DNA from: Halobacteria archaeon | Lineage (GTDB): Archaea > Halobacteriota > Syntropharchaeia > JACQPP01 | Direction: 5' to 3' | Assembly (NCBI GenBank): GCA_038869515.1 | Contig: JAWCQZ010000009.1 | Span: forward strand, 856 to 64,855 | Length of the DNA: 64,000 nt | In this document: positions 1 through 9,332 of the stretch, piece by piece | How positions within the stretch are numbered: the stretch's first letter is position 1 | How the letters are laid out: every line of letters starts with the position of its first letter | Notes under the pieces: generated by a model | Databases searched by the model: none | What the model was told of the DNA's origin: nothing | Seen by the model: the letters and a program-made list of their open reading frames with translations, nothing else | Translations under genes and position numbers: made by a program

Positions 1-2
1 TC

Positions 3-977
3 GGGGCGCAGATCGCCCAGTTGCAGTCGTGGTTCGTGAACGACAGGCCGGGAGGCGAGCGGACCCTCCTCGTGATGCCGCTCTTCCACGTCTACGGGTT
101 GATCACCCTCTTCCGCACGCTCTTCGGCGGCTCGACCATCATCCTCCTCCCGAGGTTCGACCTCGAAGAGTTCCTGAAGACCATCGAGCAGACGAAGCCG
201 ACCTGGATGCCGGTGGTGCCGACCATCTTCACCGCGCTCATCAACCACCCGCGGGGCCCCGAGGTGGTGAAGACCATCCGGTCGTGCCTCTCGGGCGCCG
301 CGCCCCTGCCGCTCGAGGTGCTCCGGAAGTTCGAGGAGCTGACCGGGGGCGTCATCGCCGAAGGGTACGGGATGACCGAGATGTGCGCCGGGAGCCACGT
401 GAACCCGCCCTTCGGGAAGCGGAAGCCGGGGACGGTCGGCATCCCGCTGCCCGGGGTCGACTCGAAAATCGTGGACGTCAACGACGGGGCGAAGGAACTC
501 CCGCCCGGCGAGGTCGGGGAGCTGGTGATGCGCGGGCCCCAGATGATGAAGGGGTACTGGAACCAGCCGGAGGAGACCGCGAAGACGGTGCGGGACGGGT
601 GGCTCTACACCGGGGACATCGGGAGAATGGACGAGGAGGGCTACTTCTCCATCGTGGACCGCAAGAAGGACATGCTGCTCTGCGGCGGCTACAACGTCTA
701 CCCGGTCGAAATCGAGTCGGTCCTCTACGAGCACCCCAAGGTGAAGGAGGCCGCGGTCGTCGGCGTCCCCGACACCTACCGGGGGGAGAGCCCCAAGGCG
801 TTCGTGGTGCTGAAGGAGGGGCAGAGCGCGACGGAGCAGGAGTTGCTCGACTACTGCCGGACGAAACTGGCGGCCTACAAGGCGCCGCGGTTCGTCGAGT
901 TCCGGAAGGAGTTGCCGAAGACGCTCATCGGGAAGATTCTGCGGAAGGAGTTGCGCGCGACCTCTCAGAGAGGTTGA
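3..977 (+). CDS. Long-chain-fatty-acid--CoA ligase (AMP-binding family), 5'-truncated by the window edge
   Basis: Adenylate-forming motifs SGAAPL, EGYGMTE, GWLYTGDIG, DRKKDM and PKTLIGKILR; frame is open to the window start. Confidence 0.9.
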   Translation, partial: GAQIAQLQSWFVNDRPGGERTLLVMPLFHVYGLITLFRTLFGGSTIILLPRFDLEEFLKTIEQTKPTWMPVVPTIFTALINHPRGPEVVKTIRSCLSGAAPLPLEVLRKFEELTGGVIAEGYGMTEMCAGSHVNPPFGKRKPGTVGIPLPGVDSKIVDVNDGAKELPPGEVGELVMRGPQMMKGYWNQPEETAKTVRDGWLYTGDIGRMDEEGYFSIVDRKKDMLLCGGYNVYPVEIESVLYEHPKVKEAAVVGVPDTYRGESPKAFVVLKEGQSATEQELLDYCRTKLAAYKAPRFVEFRKELPKTLIGKILRKELRATSQRG

Positions 978-1036
978 AACTCCTCAAACCCGGCAGGTTC
1001 GCCGCAAAGGAGGCGCGGCGCGCGTGACCCGCCCGC

Positions 1037-2200
1037 CTAATTCGAACCCTTCCTCATCCCCTTCGCCGGCGGCACCTTCAACTCCCTCAGCAGCGCCCTC
1101 CGGATTTTCCCGTCCTCCAGTTGCGCCTTGGTCGAATTGTAGCCGAACTCCAGCATCGTCTTCCGATGGGTGTAGTCCATCGGATTGTAGGCGTAGGCCG
1201 CCATCTCGGCCGGGTCGGGCTCCAGGCGGACGACTTTGACCTCGGGGTGGCTGGCGCGGAACCGGGCGAGGCCCAGTTCGAGCCGGTTGTAGTTGAAGAT
1301 GCGGAAGGCCTGGTCGATGACGGTGTGGACGCCCCGGTCCCGCAGCGAGGCGCAGGTCCCGTCGAGGGCGGGGATGCAGACGCGGCGCCGGTCGTTCTTG
1401 ATGGGCACCACCGGGTTCACCACGACCACGGTCCGGGCCCCCGCGTGCATGAGGACGTCGATGTGCGCGGCGGAGCCCGTGCCGCCGTCGATCAGTTCCC
1501 GCCCCTTCAGCGAGACGGGCGCGTAGACTCCGGGGATGGCGCAGGAGGCGACAACCGCGTCCACCACCGGGACATCCTGGTTCTCCCCGGGCCCGAAGAG
1601 AACCCGCTCGGCGGTGTCGAGGTCCAGCGCGGTGACCCAGAAGGCCATCGGGAGGTCCCGGAAATGCGCCGGGAACCCCCGGTGCTCCGAGAGGCGGCCC
1701 AGGTAGCGGCGGACCGGCTCGAGGGAGAGGAGTCCCGAAGGAAGCATCTCCTCCACAACCTCGACGGGGTCCACGACCCGCCCGCGCAGGAGCGCGCCGG
1801 CGGCGAGGGCCGCCTTGCGGGCCTCATGGGCCAGCGCTGCGGCCACCGTCTCGGGCGGAGGGAGAAAGACGTCGGTCCAGTGGAAGTTGAGCGGGTCGCG
1901 CCGGTTCTCCATCACGACGCGCGAGGCCTCGGCGGGCTTCACCCCGTTGGCCAGGAGCATTCCCACGATGGCCCCCGCGCTGGTCCCCACGACCATGTCG
2001 ATGTCGCTCACCGACATCTCCGGCTCGAGGGCCTCGTCGAGGGCCTTCAGGGCGCCGAGTTCATACATCACTCCCAGCAACCCCCCGCCGCAGAGGGCGA
2101 GCCCGACCCGGGGCCACCCCTGCAGGGGGAACCACTCCTCGGGCCCGCCGTTGCCGTGGGAGCGCTTCGACGCCCGGCGCCTTCGGGAGTTCGCCATCAT
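1037..2200 (-). CDS. Patatin-like phospholipase
   Basis: GGG oxyanion loop (LCGGGLLG), GTSAG nucleophile elbow, DGG motif. Confidence 0.9.
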   Translation of the reverse strand: MMANSRRRRASKRSHGNGGPEEWFPLQGWPRVGLALCGGGLLGVMYELGALKALDEALEPEMSVSDIDMVVGTSAGAIVGMLLANGVKPAEASRVVMENRRDPLNFHWTDVFLPPPETVAAALAHEARKAALAAGALLRGRVVDPVEVVEEMLPSGLLSLEPVRRYLGRLSEHRGFPAHFRDLPMAFWVTALDLDTAERVLFGPGENQDVPVVDAVVASCAIPGVYAPVSLKGRELIDGGTGSAAHIDVLMHAGARTVVVVNPVVPIKNDRRRVCIPALDGTCASLRDRGVHTVIDQAFRIFNYNRLELGLARFRASHPEVKVVRLEPDPAEMAAYAYNPMDYTHRKTMLEFGYNSTKAQLEDGKIRRALLRELKVPPAKGMRKGSN

Positions 2201-2221
2201 GGGCTGCGGGAGCGGGGAATA

Positions 2222-3493
2222 TCAGGCTTCCGACGAGGCGCTCCCCGGGCGGAGCCCCGGCCCGGGCAGCCACCTCCCGCCCCCGGGCCCCCCCGCCACC
2301 TCGCCCCCCGTGACCACCGCTTCGCCCCGCAGATAGACCTCTTCCGGAAAGACTCCTTTCGACCCCTCGAACGGCGTCCAGCCGCACTTCGAGTGCAGGT
2401 CGCGCCCCCGGATGGTCCGCTCCGCCTTCATGTCCACCAGCATGAAGTCGGCGTCCTTCCCCGGCTCGACCTCCCCCTTGGAGCCGAGCCCCAGGACGGC
2501 TGCGGGCCCCCGGCTCAGGAGGTCCACCGCCCGCGGCAGCATCAGCAGCCCGCGCCTCACCGCCGAGAGCGCGAGCGGCACCATCGTCTCCACTCCGGGC
2601 ACCCCGGGGGGCGGGTCGGCCCCGCTCTTTTCCCTCCGGGTGTGGGGCGCGTGGTCGGAGGCGAGCGCGTCCCCCCGCCCCCGGACCAGCGGGCGCCAAA
2701 GGAGGCGCCGCGTCTCCTCACCCCGCAGGGGAGGGTGGCACCACCCGAAGGAGCCCAGCCTCCGGCGGTCCCTCTCCGAGAGGAGGAGGTGGTGGGGCGT
2801 CACCTCGCAGGTGAACCCCGCGGCGCGCGCCGCCATCAGCGTCCCGGGAAGCGAGGCGTGGGCGAGGTGGATCCGCCGGTTGCGGAACCTGCGGGCGAGC
2901 CACTCCACCGCCTCCCGCTCGCAGCCCTCCGGTCGCGAGCCGTCGGCCTCGACGCACGCCCGGCCCTCGGCGTGGAGAATGGCCAGGGCCCCCGTGCGGA
3001 GGATGGCCTGAAGCGCCCGCTCCAGCACGGGCGGGTGGAGTCGGTACATGAAAATCTCCCCGAAAGCTGCGGCCCCGGAGCGCCAGAGAGCCGGCAGGGC
3101 CTTCAGGTTGCCTCCGTCCCAGCCCCCGGCGAGGGCGAAGTCCACCCGGCTCCTGCGGCGGGCGGCGGCCAGTTTCTTACGGAAGGCGGCGACGGCGGTG
3201 GCCGGGGGAATCGTGTTGGGCATCTCCAGGACCGTGGTGACCCCGCCCGCAGCCGCGGCGGCGGAGCCGGTGGCCCAATCCTCCTTGGCCGACTGCCCGA
3301 GGTCGCGGAAGTGGACGTGGAGGTCCACGGCCCCCGGGAGAAGCAAGCGTCCCCGGCCCTCCACGCGGCGGAGGCCGTAGGGGGCGACCTTGGAGAGGGC
3401 CGCGACCTTTCCGCCGCGGACCGTGACGGCGCCCTCCACGAGCCGGCACTCCCGGAGGAGGCGGACGTTTTCCACGGAGAAGTCGGCGGACAC
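2222..3493 (-). CDS. pyrC: Dihydroorotase (amidohydrolase superfamily)
   Basis: DLHVHFRD, AAAGGVTTVLEMPNT, CEVTPHHL, SDHAPH; GTG start overlapping the upstream stop. Confidence 0.85.
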   Translation of the reverse strand: MSADFSVENVRLLRECRLVEGAVTVRGGKVAALSKVAPYGLRRVEGRGRLLLPGAVDLHVHFRDLGQSAKEDWATGSAAAAAGGVTTVLEMPNTIPPATAVAAFRKKLAAARRRSRVDFALAGGWDGGNLKALPALWRSGAAAFGEIFMYRLHPPVLERALQAILRTGALAILHAEGRACVEADGSRPEGCEREAVEWLARRFRNRRIHLAHASLPGTLMAARAAGFTCEVTPHHLLLSERDRRRLGSFGWCHPPLRGEETRRLLWRPLVRGRGDALASDHAPHTRREKSGADPPPGVPGVETMVPLALSAVRRGLLMLPRAVDLLSRGPAAVLGLGSKGEVEPGKDADFMLVDMKAERTIRGRDLHSKCGWTPFEGSKGVFPEEVYLRGEAVVTGGEVAGGPGGGRWLPGPGLRPGSASSEA

Positions 3494-4098
3494 TAGCGGC
3501 TCCGGCCGTTTTCCCTGAGCCGGACCTCCCGGACCGGTCCTCCCGGACCCGCCTCCCCGAACACCTGCCCCCGGAAGGCGAAGACCCGGGTCCCCGCGAC
3601 CAGCCACGCATCCATCGGCAGCCCCGCCTTGGCGCACGCCTGGCAGAGGAACTCCTCGGCGTCCCACCCGTGCTCCACCGCGACCTGGGGCAGGAGGAGC
3701 CCCGCCCTGAGGTCGCGCCGGATGACGAGCCCGTGCTCGCCGACGACCACCTTCCGGGGAAGGTCGAGGCGGGAGCCGGCCACTGGCTCGAGGGGCCCGA
3801 GGCGGGTCACCTCCACCGAGATGCGGGCCATCTCCCCGGCCTCCACCGGTTCGAGGCGCGGGTCGCGGGTGGCGGCCGCGGCCGACTCCACCACCGCCCG
3901 CCCGAAGGGCTGGTCCGCCTCGGGGCGGCCGATGCACCCCCGCAGGAGGCCGCCCTCCTTCAGGGTCACGAAGGCCCCCCGGGGCTCCCGGAAGGCGGGC
4001 GCCTCCGGCGGAGCGGGGAGGGGCTTCCGGGCCGCGGCGGCCGTGGCGGCCTCGCGGGCCAGGCGCACGGCGGTGTTGCCGTCCCTTTGCGACAACAT
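3493..4098 (-). CDS. AMMECR1-domain protein (TIGR00296-like)
   Basis: GAFVTL..LRGCIG, DPRL, GLLLPQVA..W, C.KAG. Confidence 0.9.
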   Translation of the reverse strand: MLSQRDGNTAVRLAREAATAAAARKPLPAPPEAPAFREPRGAFVTLKEGGLLRGCIGRPEADQPFGRAVVESAAAATRDPRLEPVEAGEMARISVEVTRLGPLEPVAGSRLDLPRKVVVGEHGLVIRRDLRAGLLLPQVAVEHGWDAEEFLCQACAKAGLPMDAWLVAGTRVFAFRGQVFGEAGPGGPVREVRLRENGRSR

Positions 4099-4136
4099 TC
4101 CGCAGGTGTTATAGGCTCAAAAGATAATTCCTCCCC

Positions 4137-4592
4137 GGGAGCGGGGAAGGGCAGCCGCCGGTCCCGCGAGGTTCGACCCCTCCGGGGCTGAGGAAAGTCC
4201 CCCCACCCGGGCTCCTCCTTCGCGGGAGGGGTCCTGAGCAGGCGGGCGCCCGTACATGCTCCGCGCCTCCTTCGGACGCGCGGACATCCAAGGACGCATC
4301 CCGAGAGGGATGGCTCTGGCACAGAAACGGCACCTTCCACGCCTTGTGCGATGAACCCGAAAGGGCGAGGTCGGCGTGGGGAGGATGAAACGCCCGCGCA
4401 ACGGACGCCGCAAGGCGGCCGGGGCTGCGGGGCGGCCGCGCAAGCGGCCGCGTGAATCCCCGCCGGTGCAAGTCGCACCCGCGACGCCAGACGAATGCTG
4501 CCGGGCCCCGTGACCCTCCGCCCGGCGGAGGAGCGGCCCCTTCGGGGGCCGTGAGAGGGCCCAACCAAAGGGGGCTTACTCTCCCCACTCCC
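4137..4592 (+). ncRNA. rnpB: Archaeal RNase P RNA
   Basis: Conserved GAGGAAAGTCC (4190-4200), ACAGAAA, TGAAAC, GGTGCAAG, AGACGAATGCTGCC and 3' AACCAAAGGGGGCTTACT; P1 ends GGGAGCGGGGA / TCCCCACTCCC pair. Confidence 0.95.
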
Positions 4593-4833
4593 CGGGATCG
4601 GGGGGATTGCCATCCCCCCCTCCCGCTACAACTGCCGCGAGGGGACCGACCGTCCGGGCAAGGGCGTTCTTTCCGAAACCGGCCCCAGGGCATCAGGTTG
4701 AGGTTTTCACAGATTCGGTCAAAATCTCCCCCCGGGAACCGCAGGAGCCATGGAGGTGAAGTTGAGCCGGACTCATCCCCCAAAGGGGCGCTCTGTCCTC
4801 CGGACCAAACCTCCGCATGGCGGTTTCTTTATT

Positions 4834-5167
4834 ATTGCCCTCCGCCTACGTAGGATGACCGCCGCCAGGGGGCGCACGAGCGCCACCCTGCCAGCCCGGG
4901 GGGCAGGCCAGGCCTGTTGCTCGGGTCGGGCCGGAGACACGCGCCAGCGGTGGTCCGCGTGCCGCCAAAAGCGGTGGTCTCCGGATTCCTATCCTCGCGC
5001 CGTGGAGCGGGGCGTCCCGGGACTCCGCGCTGACGACGCTCGCCCCACGCAACTTCAGGGTCGCCTCCCCCCGGGAGGAGTCGGTCCAGGTCCGCCCTCG
5101 CCTCCGTCTCCGCATAACGGAGCGAGGGCGCGGAACGAGAGAAGTCGGACTCCACGCCGCAGGGCAA
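4834..5167. ncRNA. Unassigned highly structured non-coding region (candidate ncRNA or MITE)
   Basis: Bounded by TTGCCCT/AGGGCAA inverted repeat, contains several long stems, no credible ORF, TATA-like TTTATTA just upstream on +. Confidence 0.4.
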
Positions 5168-5180
5168 AAAGACTCGGTGA

Positions 5181-5843
5181 TTACGCCGGAGAGGAGGCCG
5201 ATGCCCCGGGGAAGTCTCCCCGCAGCAGCCTCCGCCCGAACAGGATGGAGGCCGCCGACATGAATCCCGCCGCGAGGGCTTCCGGAATGGCAACGCCCTC
5301 GAAACTCGCCGCGCCGACCACGAAGACGGGGAAGGCGAGGACCACGGCGAGGGAGCCGATGCCCAGGGAGAGAACGGCACGCCCGAGGGGCTCTCCCCGG
5401 AGGGCCTCGCTCCGCCCGGCGAGGATGAGGGAGATCGGAATCAGCAGGAAGAAGGTCGCCGCGGTGGCGGTGTGGGCGACGGCCTGCGGGGTGAACTCGG
5501 GAACCTCGCCGGGCGTGAGGCCCGGGAGGTGGGGCCACGGGAAGATGCCGACGCCGATGAGGGATGCGAGGGCCACCGCCAGCAGCGCGCGCCCCGCGCG
5601 GCCCCGCAGGTCGGTGGCGAGCCCGCCGAGCCCCGCGACCATGACGAGCCCCAGGCCGCCGGTGAGGACGAGGCCCGCGTTGAAGAGGGCGGGGACGCTC
5701 CCCGCCGGGGAGCCGAGGTGGCTGAGGGCGTGGTCGCGCCACCGGAACCACGGGTTGGCGGCGATGGATGCGGCGATGAATGCCCAGCCGAGGGGCGGGG
5801 CGAGGAGGCCGCAGAGGCCGGCGACCCTCGGCGAGACCCGCAC
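5181..5843 (-). CDS. DUF998-family membrane protein
   Basis: NPWFRWRDHALSHLG, FNAGL, GVGIFP, H; multiple hydrophobic segments. Confidence 0.8.
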   Translation of the reverse strand: MRVSPRVAGLCGLLAPPLGWAFIAASIAANPWFRWRDHALSHLGSPAGSVPALFNAGLVLTGGLGLVMVAGLGGLATDLRGRAGRALLAVALASLIGVGIFPWPHLPGLTPGEVPEFTPQAVAHTATAATFFLLIPISLILAGRSEALRGEPLGRAVLSLGIGSLAVVLAFPVFVVGAASFEGVAIPEALAAGFMSAASILFGRRLLRGDFPGASASSPA

Positions 5844-5846
5844 GGC

Positions 5847-8150
5847 CTACCTCCCCTCCAGGACCGTCAACTCGCGCCTCAGGTAGGCCACCTTGGCCGG
5901 CTCCAGCGCGTAGGGGTCGAGGGGGACGAATGCGACGGCCTGGCGGGTCGCGCAGAGGTCCACCAGGTGGCCGAGGAGCCTCTGGACCGCGGCGAAGGAA
6001 GCGATGGCGGCGATGTGGTCCACGCCTTCGAGGAGGACCGCGCGGTCCTCGCCTTCCTCCAGGAAGTCCCGGAGCATCTTCAGCAGCAGTTCGAGGTCCG
6101 AGGGGTCCACCCGGTCGGGCCCCTTGGAAGTGGTGAGCCAGACCGCCCGGGTCCCGGGCCCGAGTCCATGCCTCTGGCGGACCTCCTCGGGGCTGGAGCG
6201 GCTCACGGCCAGGATCTTGCGGCCCCCGGAGGCCCACTCCTTGAGCCGCCGGTAGGCGCCGTCCGGGCCCTTCTCGAGGAGGAGGTGGACCGAGCCGGGA
6301 GAGACCCCTGCGGGGGAGGGGCGTCCGCCGGGCGGCTCCTCCATTCCCCGGGCCCTCCCCTCGCCCTTCAGGAGAGCGGCCTCGCGGGGGTCGAGGGACT
6401 CGGCGCCGACGGCGACGAGGAGGCGGCCCTTGTGCGACGCGGTCCGCTCCTGGAGGTGGTTGACCAGTTTCAGGATGGGCGTGAACCCCCGGTGGAGTTT
6501 CAAGTATTCGATGCCCTCCAGGAGGACCGCGGCCCCTTCCGCCCTCCCCAGGTGGCCCTCGACGGCAGAGAGGAGGAGTTCGAGGTCCACCGGCCGGAGG
6601 TTCCTCTCGCCCGGCAGGGAGGAGAGCCAGTAGACCTCGGCTCCGGGGATCTCCTCCCTCACTTTTCGCGGGTCGCGGCGGGTGATGGCGAGGCCGGGGG
6701 CGCCCGACGCGACGAGGGAGCGGAAGAGGCCGTAGGCGTATCCGGGGCGCCTCTCCTGGACGATGGCCGAAGTCCCGGGGGGGAGGTCGGGGACCGGTAG
6801 GACCGGCGGAGGCGCGCGGGCCGGAGATTGCGAAGGAGGCGGCGGGGCGGGGGCCGACCCGGGAGGCGCCGCCGCGGTCCGGGGAGGCGGGGGCGCGCCC
6901 CCCGCACCGGCCGCCCTCCGGGCCGCGCGCCTGCGGCGCAGGAGGATGAGCGCGACCGCGACAATCAAAATCGGCAGGATGATGATGCCGGGACCCCCGT
7001 CCTGCTTCCGCGCCTCTCCGGACGCCTCCCCGGAGGCCTGCCCCGGCGAAGCGGCGGCGAGTGCGACGTCAAGTTTCTCCCCGCCTGCCTCCACCTGCAG
7101 GGTGGCGCGGTTGGGCGCGAAGCCGCCCAGTGTCAGCTCGACGACGTGGGAGCCCCGCTCCAGGGGAATCCGCGCGGGGGTGACTCCGCGGAAGACGCCG
7201 TCCACGGTGACGACCGCTCCGGCGGGGGTGGACCCGATTTCCGCCGGGGTCTGGGGGTAGCGGTCGGAGAGACCGAAGAGGTGGACGGCGGAATCCCGGG
7301 AGGCCACGACGAGGAGACTCCCGTCCGGTGAGAAGGCGAGGGCCACCGGCCCCTGCAGCCCTTCCCGGGCGGCCACCTGGAGGTCCCCGCCGAGCAGGAC
7401 GACCTCGTTCCCGCCCGCCGCCGCGACGAGCGCCCCGTCGGGGGGGGAGGCCAGGGTCCCGGGGCCCGGGAGCGCCTTGACCTGGATGAAGCGGCCCGAA
7501 TCGTCGAAACGGTAGAGGTTCCCGGCGGAGTCGAGGGCCACCCCTCCCCCGTCCCACGCCTTCACCTCGAGGACGTTCGAGACGGGGACCTGCCACCGGA
7601 TTCCAAGGGTTCCGGAGTCGAGGGAGAGGACGGAGCTCGGGTCGGCGGCCAGGAGGGTGCTCCCGCCGGGCGAAGCGGAGAGGGCCCGGAGGCCGGGGAG
7701 GGAGCGCTTCGCCAATTCGTTCCCGTCCGCGCCGAGCAGCCCGGCCACATCCCCTGCGGCGTAGAGGACCCGGTGGTCGGACGTGGAGGAGAGGTTCGTG
7801 ACGGGGGAGCCGACCCTGAAGGTCCACCGGGGAGCCCCCTGGTCGTCGAGGGCGACGACCTCCCCGCCCCCTGCGCCCCGGGTCCCTGCGAATGAGCGGC
7901 TCCCGTCGGGCGCGAGGGCGAAGGAGACGAGGTCGGCGACGGGCCACTTCCCCGCGGGGTATCCCCCGAGGATGAGGGAGACGCCGTGGCCGGTCGGAAC
8001 CGCGATGAGGGTCGCGTTGTCGGTGGCCGCCAGACCCAGCGGAATCCCGTCGGTCGGGACCTGGTGGAGCAGGGCCATCTGAGCCGCAGCTGGGGAGGCG
8101 AGGACCGCGAGCAGGAGAGCGAGCCGGAGAATGGTCCGGGAGAGGCCCAT
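5847..8150 (-). CDS. Membrane receptor-like protein: signal peptide, beta-propeller, PEGA domain, TM helix, Pro-rich linker, two DUF835 domains
   Basis: N-terminal signal; WD40/PQQ-like repeats (AFSPDGS); STPAGAVVTVDGVFRGVTP PEGA motif; TM + RRRR; two repeats of GLAITRRDP..YWLS..VLLEGIEYL. Confidence 0.8.
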   Translation of the reverse strand: MGLSRTILRLALLLAVLASPAAAQMALLHQVPTDGIPLGLAATDNATLIAVPTGHGVSLILGGYPAGKWPVADLVSFALAPDGSRSFAGTRGAGGGEVVALDDQGAPRWTFRVGSPVTNLSSTSDHRVLYAAGDVAGLLGADGNELAKRSLPGLRALSASPGGSTLLAADPSSVLSLDSGTLGIRWQVPVSNVLEVKAWDGGGVALDSAGNLYRFDDSGRFIQVKALPGPGTLASPPDGALVAAAGGNEVVLLGGDLQVAAREGLQGPVALAFSPDGSLLVVASRDSAVHLFGLSDRYPQTPAEIGSTPAGAVVTVDGVFRGVTPARIPLERGSHVVELTLGGFAPNRATLQVEAGGEKLDVALAAASPGQASGEASGEARKQDGGPGIIILPILIVAVALILLRRRRAARRAAGAGGAPPPPRTAAAPPGSAPAPPPPSQSPARAPPPVLPVPDLPPGTSAIVQERRPGYAYGLFRSLVASGAPGLAITRRDPRKVREEIPGAEVYWLSSLPGERNLRPVDLELLLSAVEGHLGRAEGAAVLLEGIEYLKLHRGFTPILKLVNHLQERTASHKGRLLVAVGAESLDPREAALLKGEGRARGMEEPPGGRPSPAGVSPGSVHLLLEKGPDGAYRRLKEWASGGRKILAVSRSSPEEVRQRHGLGPGTRAVWLTTSKGPDRVDPSDLELLLKMLRDFLEEGEDRAVLLEGVDHIAAIASFAAVQRLLGHLVDLCATRQAVAFVPLDPYALEPAKVAYLRRELTVLEGR

Positions 8151-8227
8151 GGAGGGGACGATGGGAGGGAGCCGGAAAAGGGTTCCCTCAATATTTAAAT
8201 CGCGCGACTCCAGGAGGGACCTGCGCC

Positions 8228-8932
8228 ATGGGTCGCATCAAGACGTTCATTGACGGATTCGACGCCCATCTGGGCGGAGGAATCCCCGAGGGGCACATCG
8301 TGCTCCTGTGCGGCACCCCGGGGACCATGAAGTCCACCGTCGGATACTACATCCTCTGGCACAACGCGAAGGAGCGCGGCCTCAAGGGCTCCTACATCTC
8401 CCTGGAGCAGGACGAGCCCGGCCTGGTGTCGCAGATGGACGCCCTCGGGATGAAGCGGGAGGAGGTCAGGGAGAAGATGGGGGTCCTGGACGTGGGCCGG
8501 CTCCGGCGGGAGACCAAGGACTTCGGATGGAAGAAGGGCAAGATGGACATCATCAAGACGCTCATCGAGGAAGAGAAGAAGAGGCTCAAGTTCGACCTCA
8601 TGGTCCTCGACTCCCTGAACATCCAGGAACTGATGTCGCCGGGGGAGGACAAGCGCATCGACATCTTCGACTTCTTCGGCTGGCTCAAGGAACTGAAGTG
8701 CACGAGTTTGGTCATCTCCGAGATGCTCATCGAGGACCGGGAGTTCGGCCGCCACGGCGCGGGCTTCCTCTCCGACGGCATCTTCCTCCTCAGCCTCGAC
8801 CGGGTGGACGAAATCCACCGGAGGCGCCGCATCACCTGCATGAAGATGCGGGGCACGGCCCACAGCACCGACTCCTTCGCGCTCATTTTGAAGGATGGAA
8901 GGCTGATTGCGACAGAGGCCATTTTGGAATAG
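8228..8932 (+). CDS. KaiC/RAD55-family RecA-superfamily ATPase
   Basis: T.I.GFD..LGGGIP.G, Walker A GTPGTMKST, VLDSL, FLSDGIF, KMRGT.H. Confidence 0.9.
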   Translation: MGRIKTFIDGFDAHLGGGIPEGHIVLLCGTPGTMKSTVGYYILWHNAKERGLKGSYISLEQDEPGLVSQMDALGMKREEVREKMGVLDVGRLRRETKDFGWKKGKMDIIKTLIEEEKKRLKFDLMVLDSLNIQELMSPGEDKRIDIFDFFGWLKELKCTSLVISEMLIEDREFGRHGAGFLSDGIFLLSLDRVDEIHRRRRITCMKMRGTAHSTDSFALILKDGRLIATEAILE

Positions 8933-9302
8933 AACTGTTTCATACGCAGGACCATTTTGGGTCACTCGACGGGCCGCGCGCTCGGCGGGCTATTCGCCCC
9001 TCGCTCCCTTCGGTCGCTCGGGCCTCATCGGCGGCTGTGGTGTGCGCTCGCGATGCTCGCGCCACCACACAATTGCCGCCTACGCCCGCCGTCGCGCTGC
9101 GGCCCTTGCGCTTGCAACGGCCTCTTGAAGTGTGCCATTTGCTCTAGTGCGAGCTCGCGCACAAGCGAGGCGGCCAGCGGCGCCAATTTGCGACGAGCCC
9201 CGAGCGCAGCGAGGGGCGAGGAGCGGCGCCGGCGAGGGCGAGCGCAGCGAGCCCGAGCCTGGCCGCCGAGCGTGCGCGAGCGCCGAGTTCCAGAAACGGC
9301 AA
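8933..9302. repeat. Composite palindromic/MITE-like repeat(s)
   Basis: Sub-element bounded by GTGCCATTT (9132) ... AAACGGCA (9301); internal GAGCGCAGCGAG hairpins; sequence shared with 17368-17392 and 26080-26260. Confidence 0.7.
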
Positions 9303-9332
9303 CATTTTCTATTCTCCCCCTGCTTCCCGTAG

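Noticed and set aside
1121-3496. Very long alternative-frame ORFs (also 10017-12626, 27540-30326, 55317-58241, 55961-58666)
   Set aside because: Antisense or shifted shadows of well-supported genes, expected from stop-codon scarcity at high GC; Arg/Pro/Gly-rich with no motifs
4834-5167. SRP RNA, 5S rRNA, tmRNA or riboswitch identity
   Set aside because: No SRP helix 8 CAGG..GGAA..AGCA motif, no tRNA-like T arm or CCA end, and no riboswitch consensus recognised on either strand
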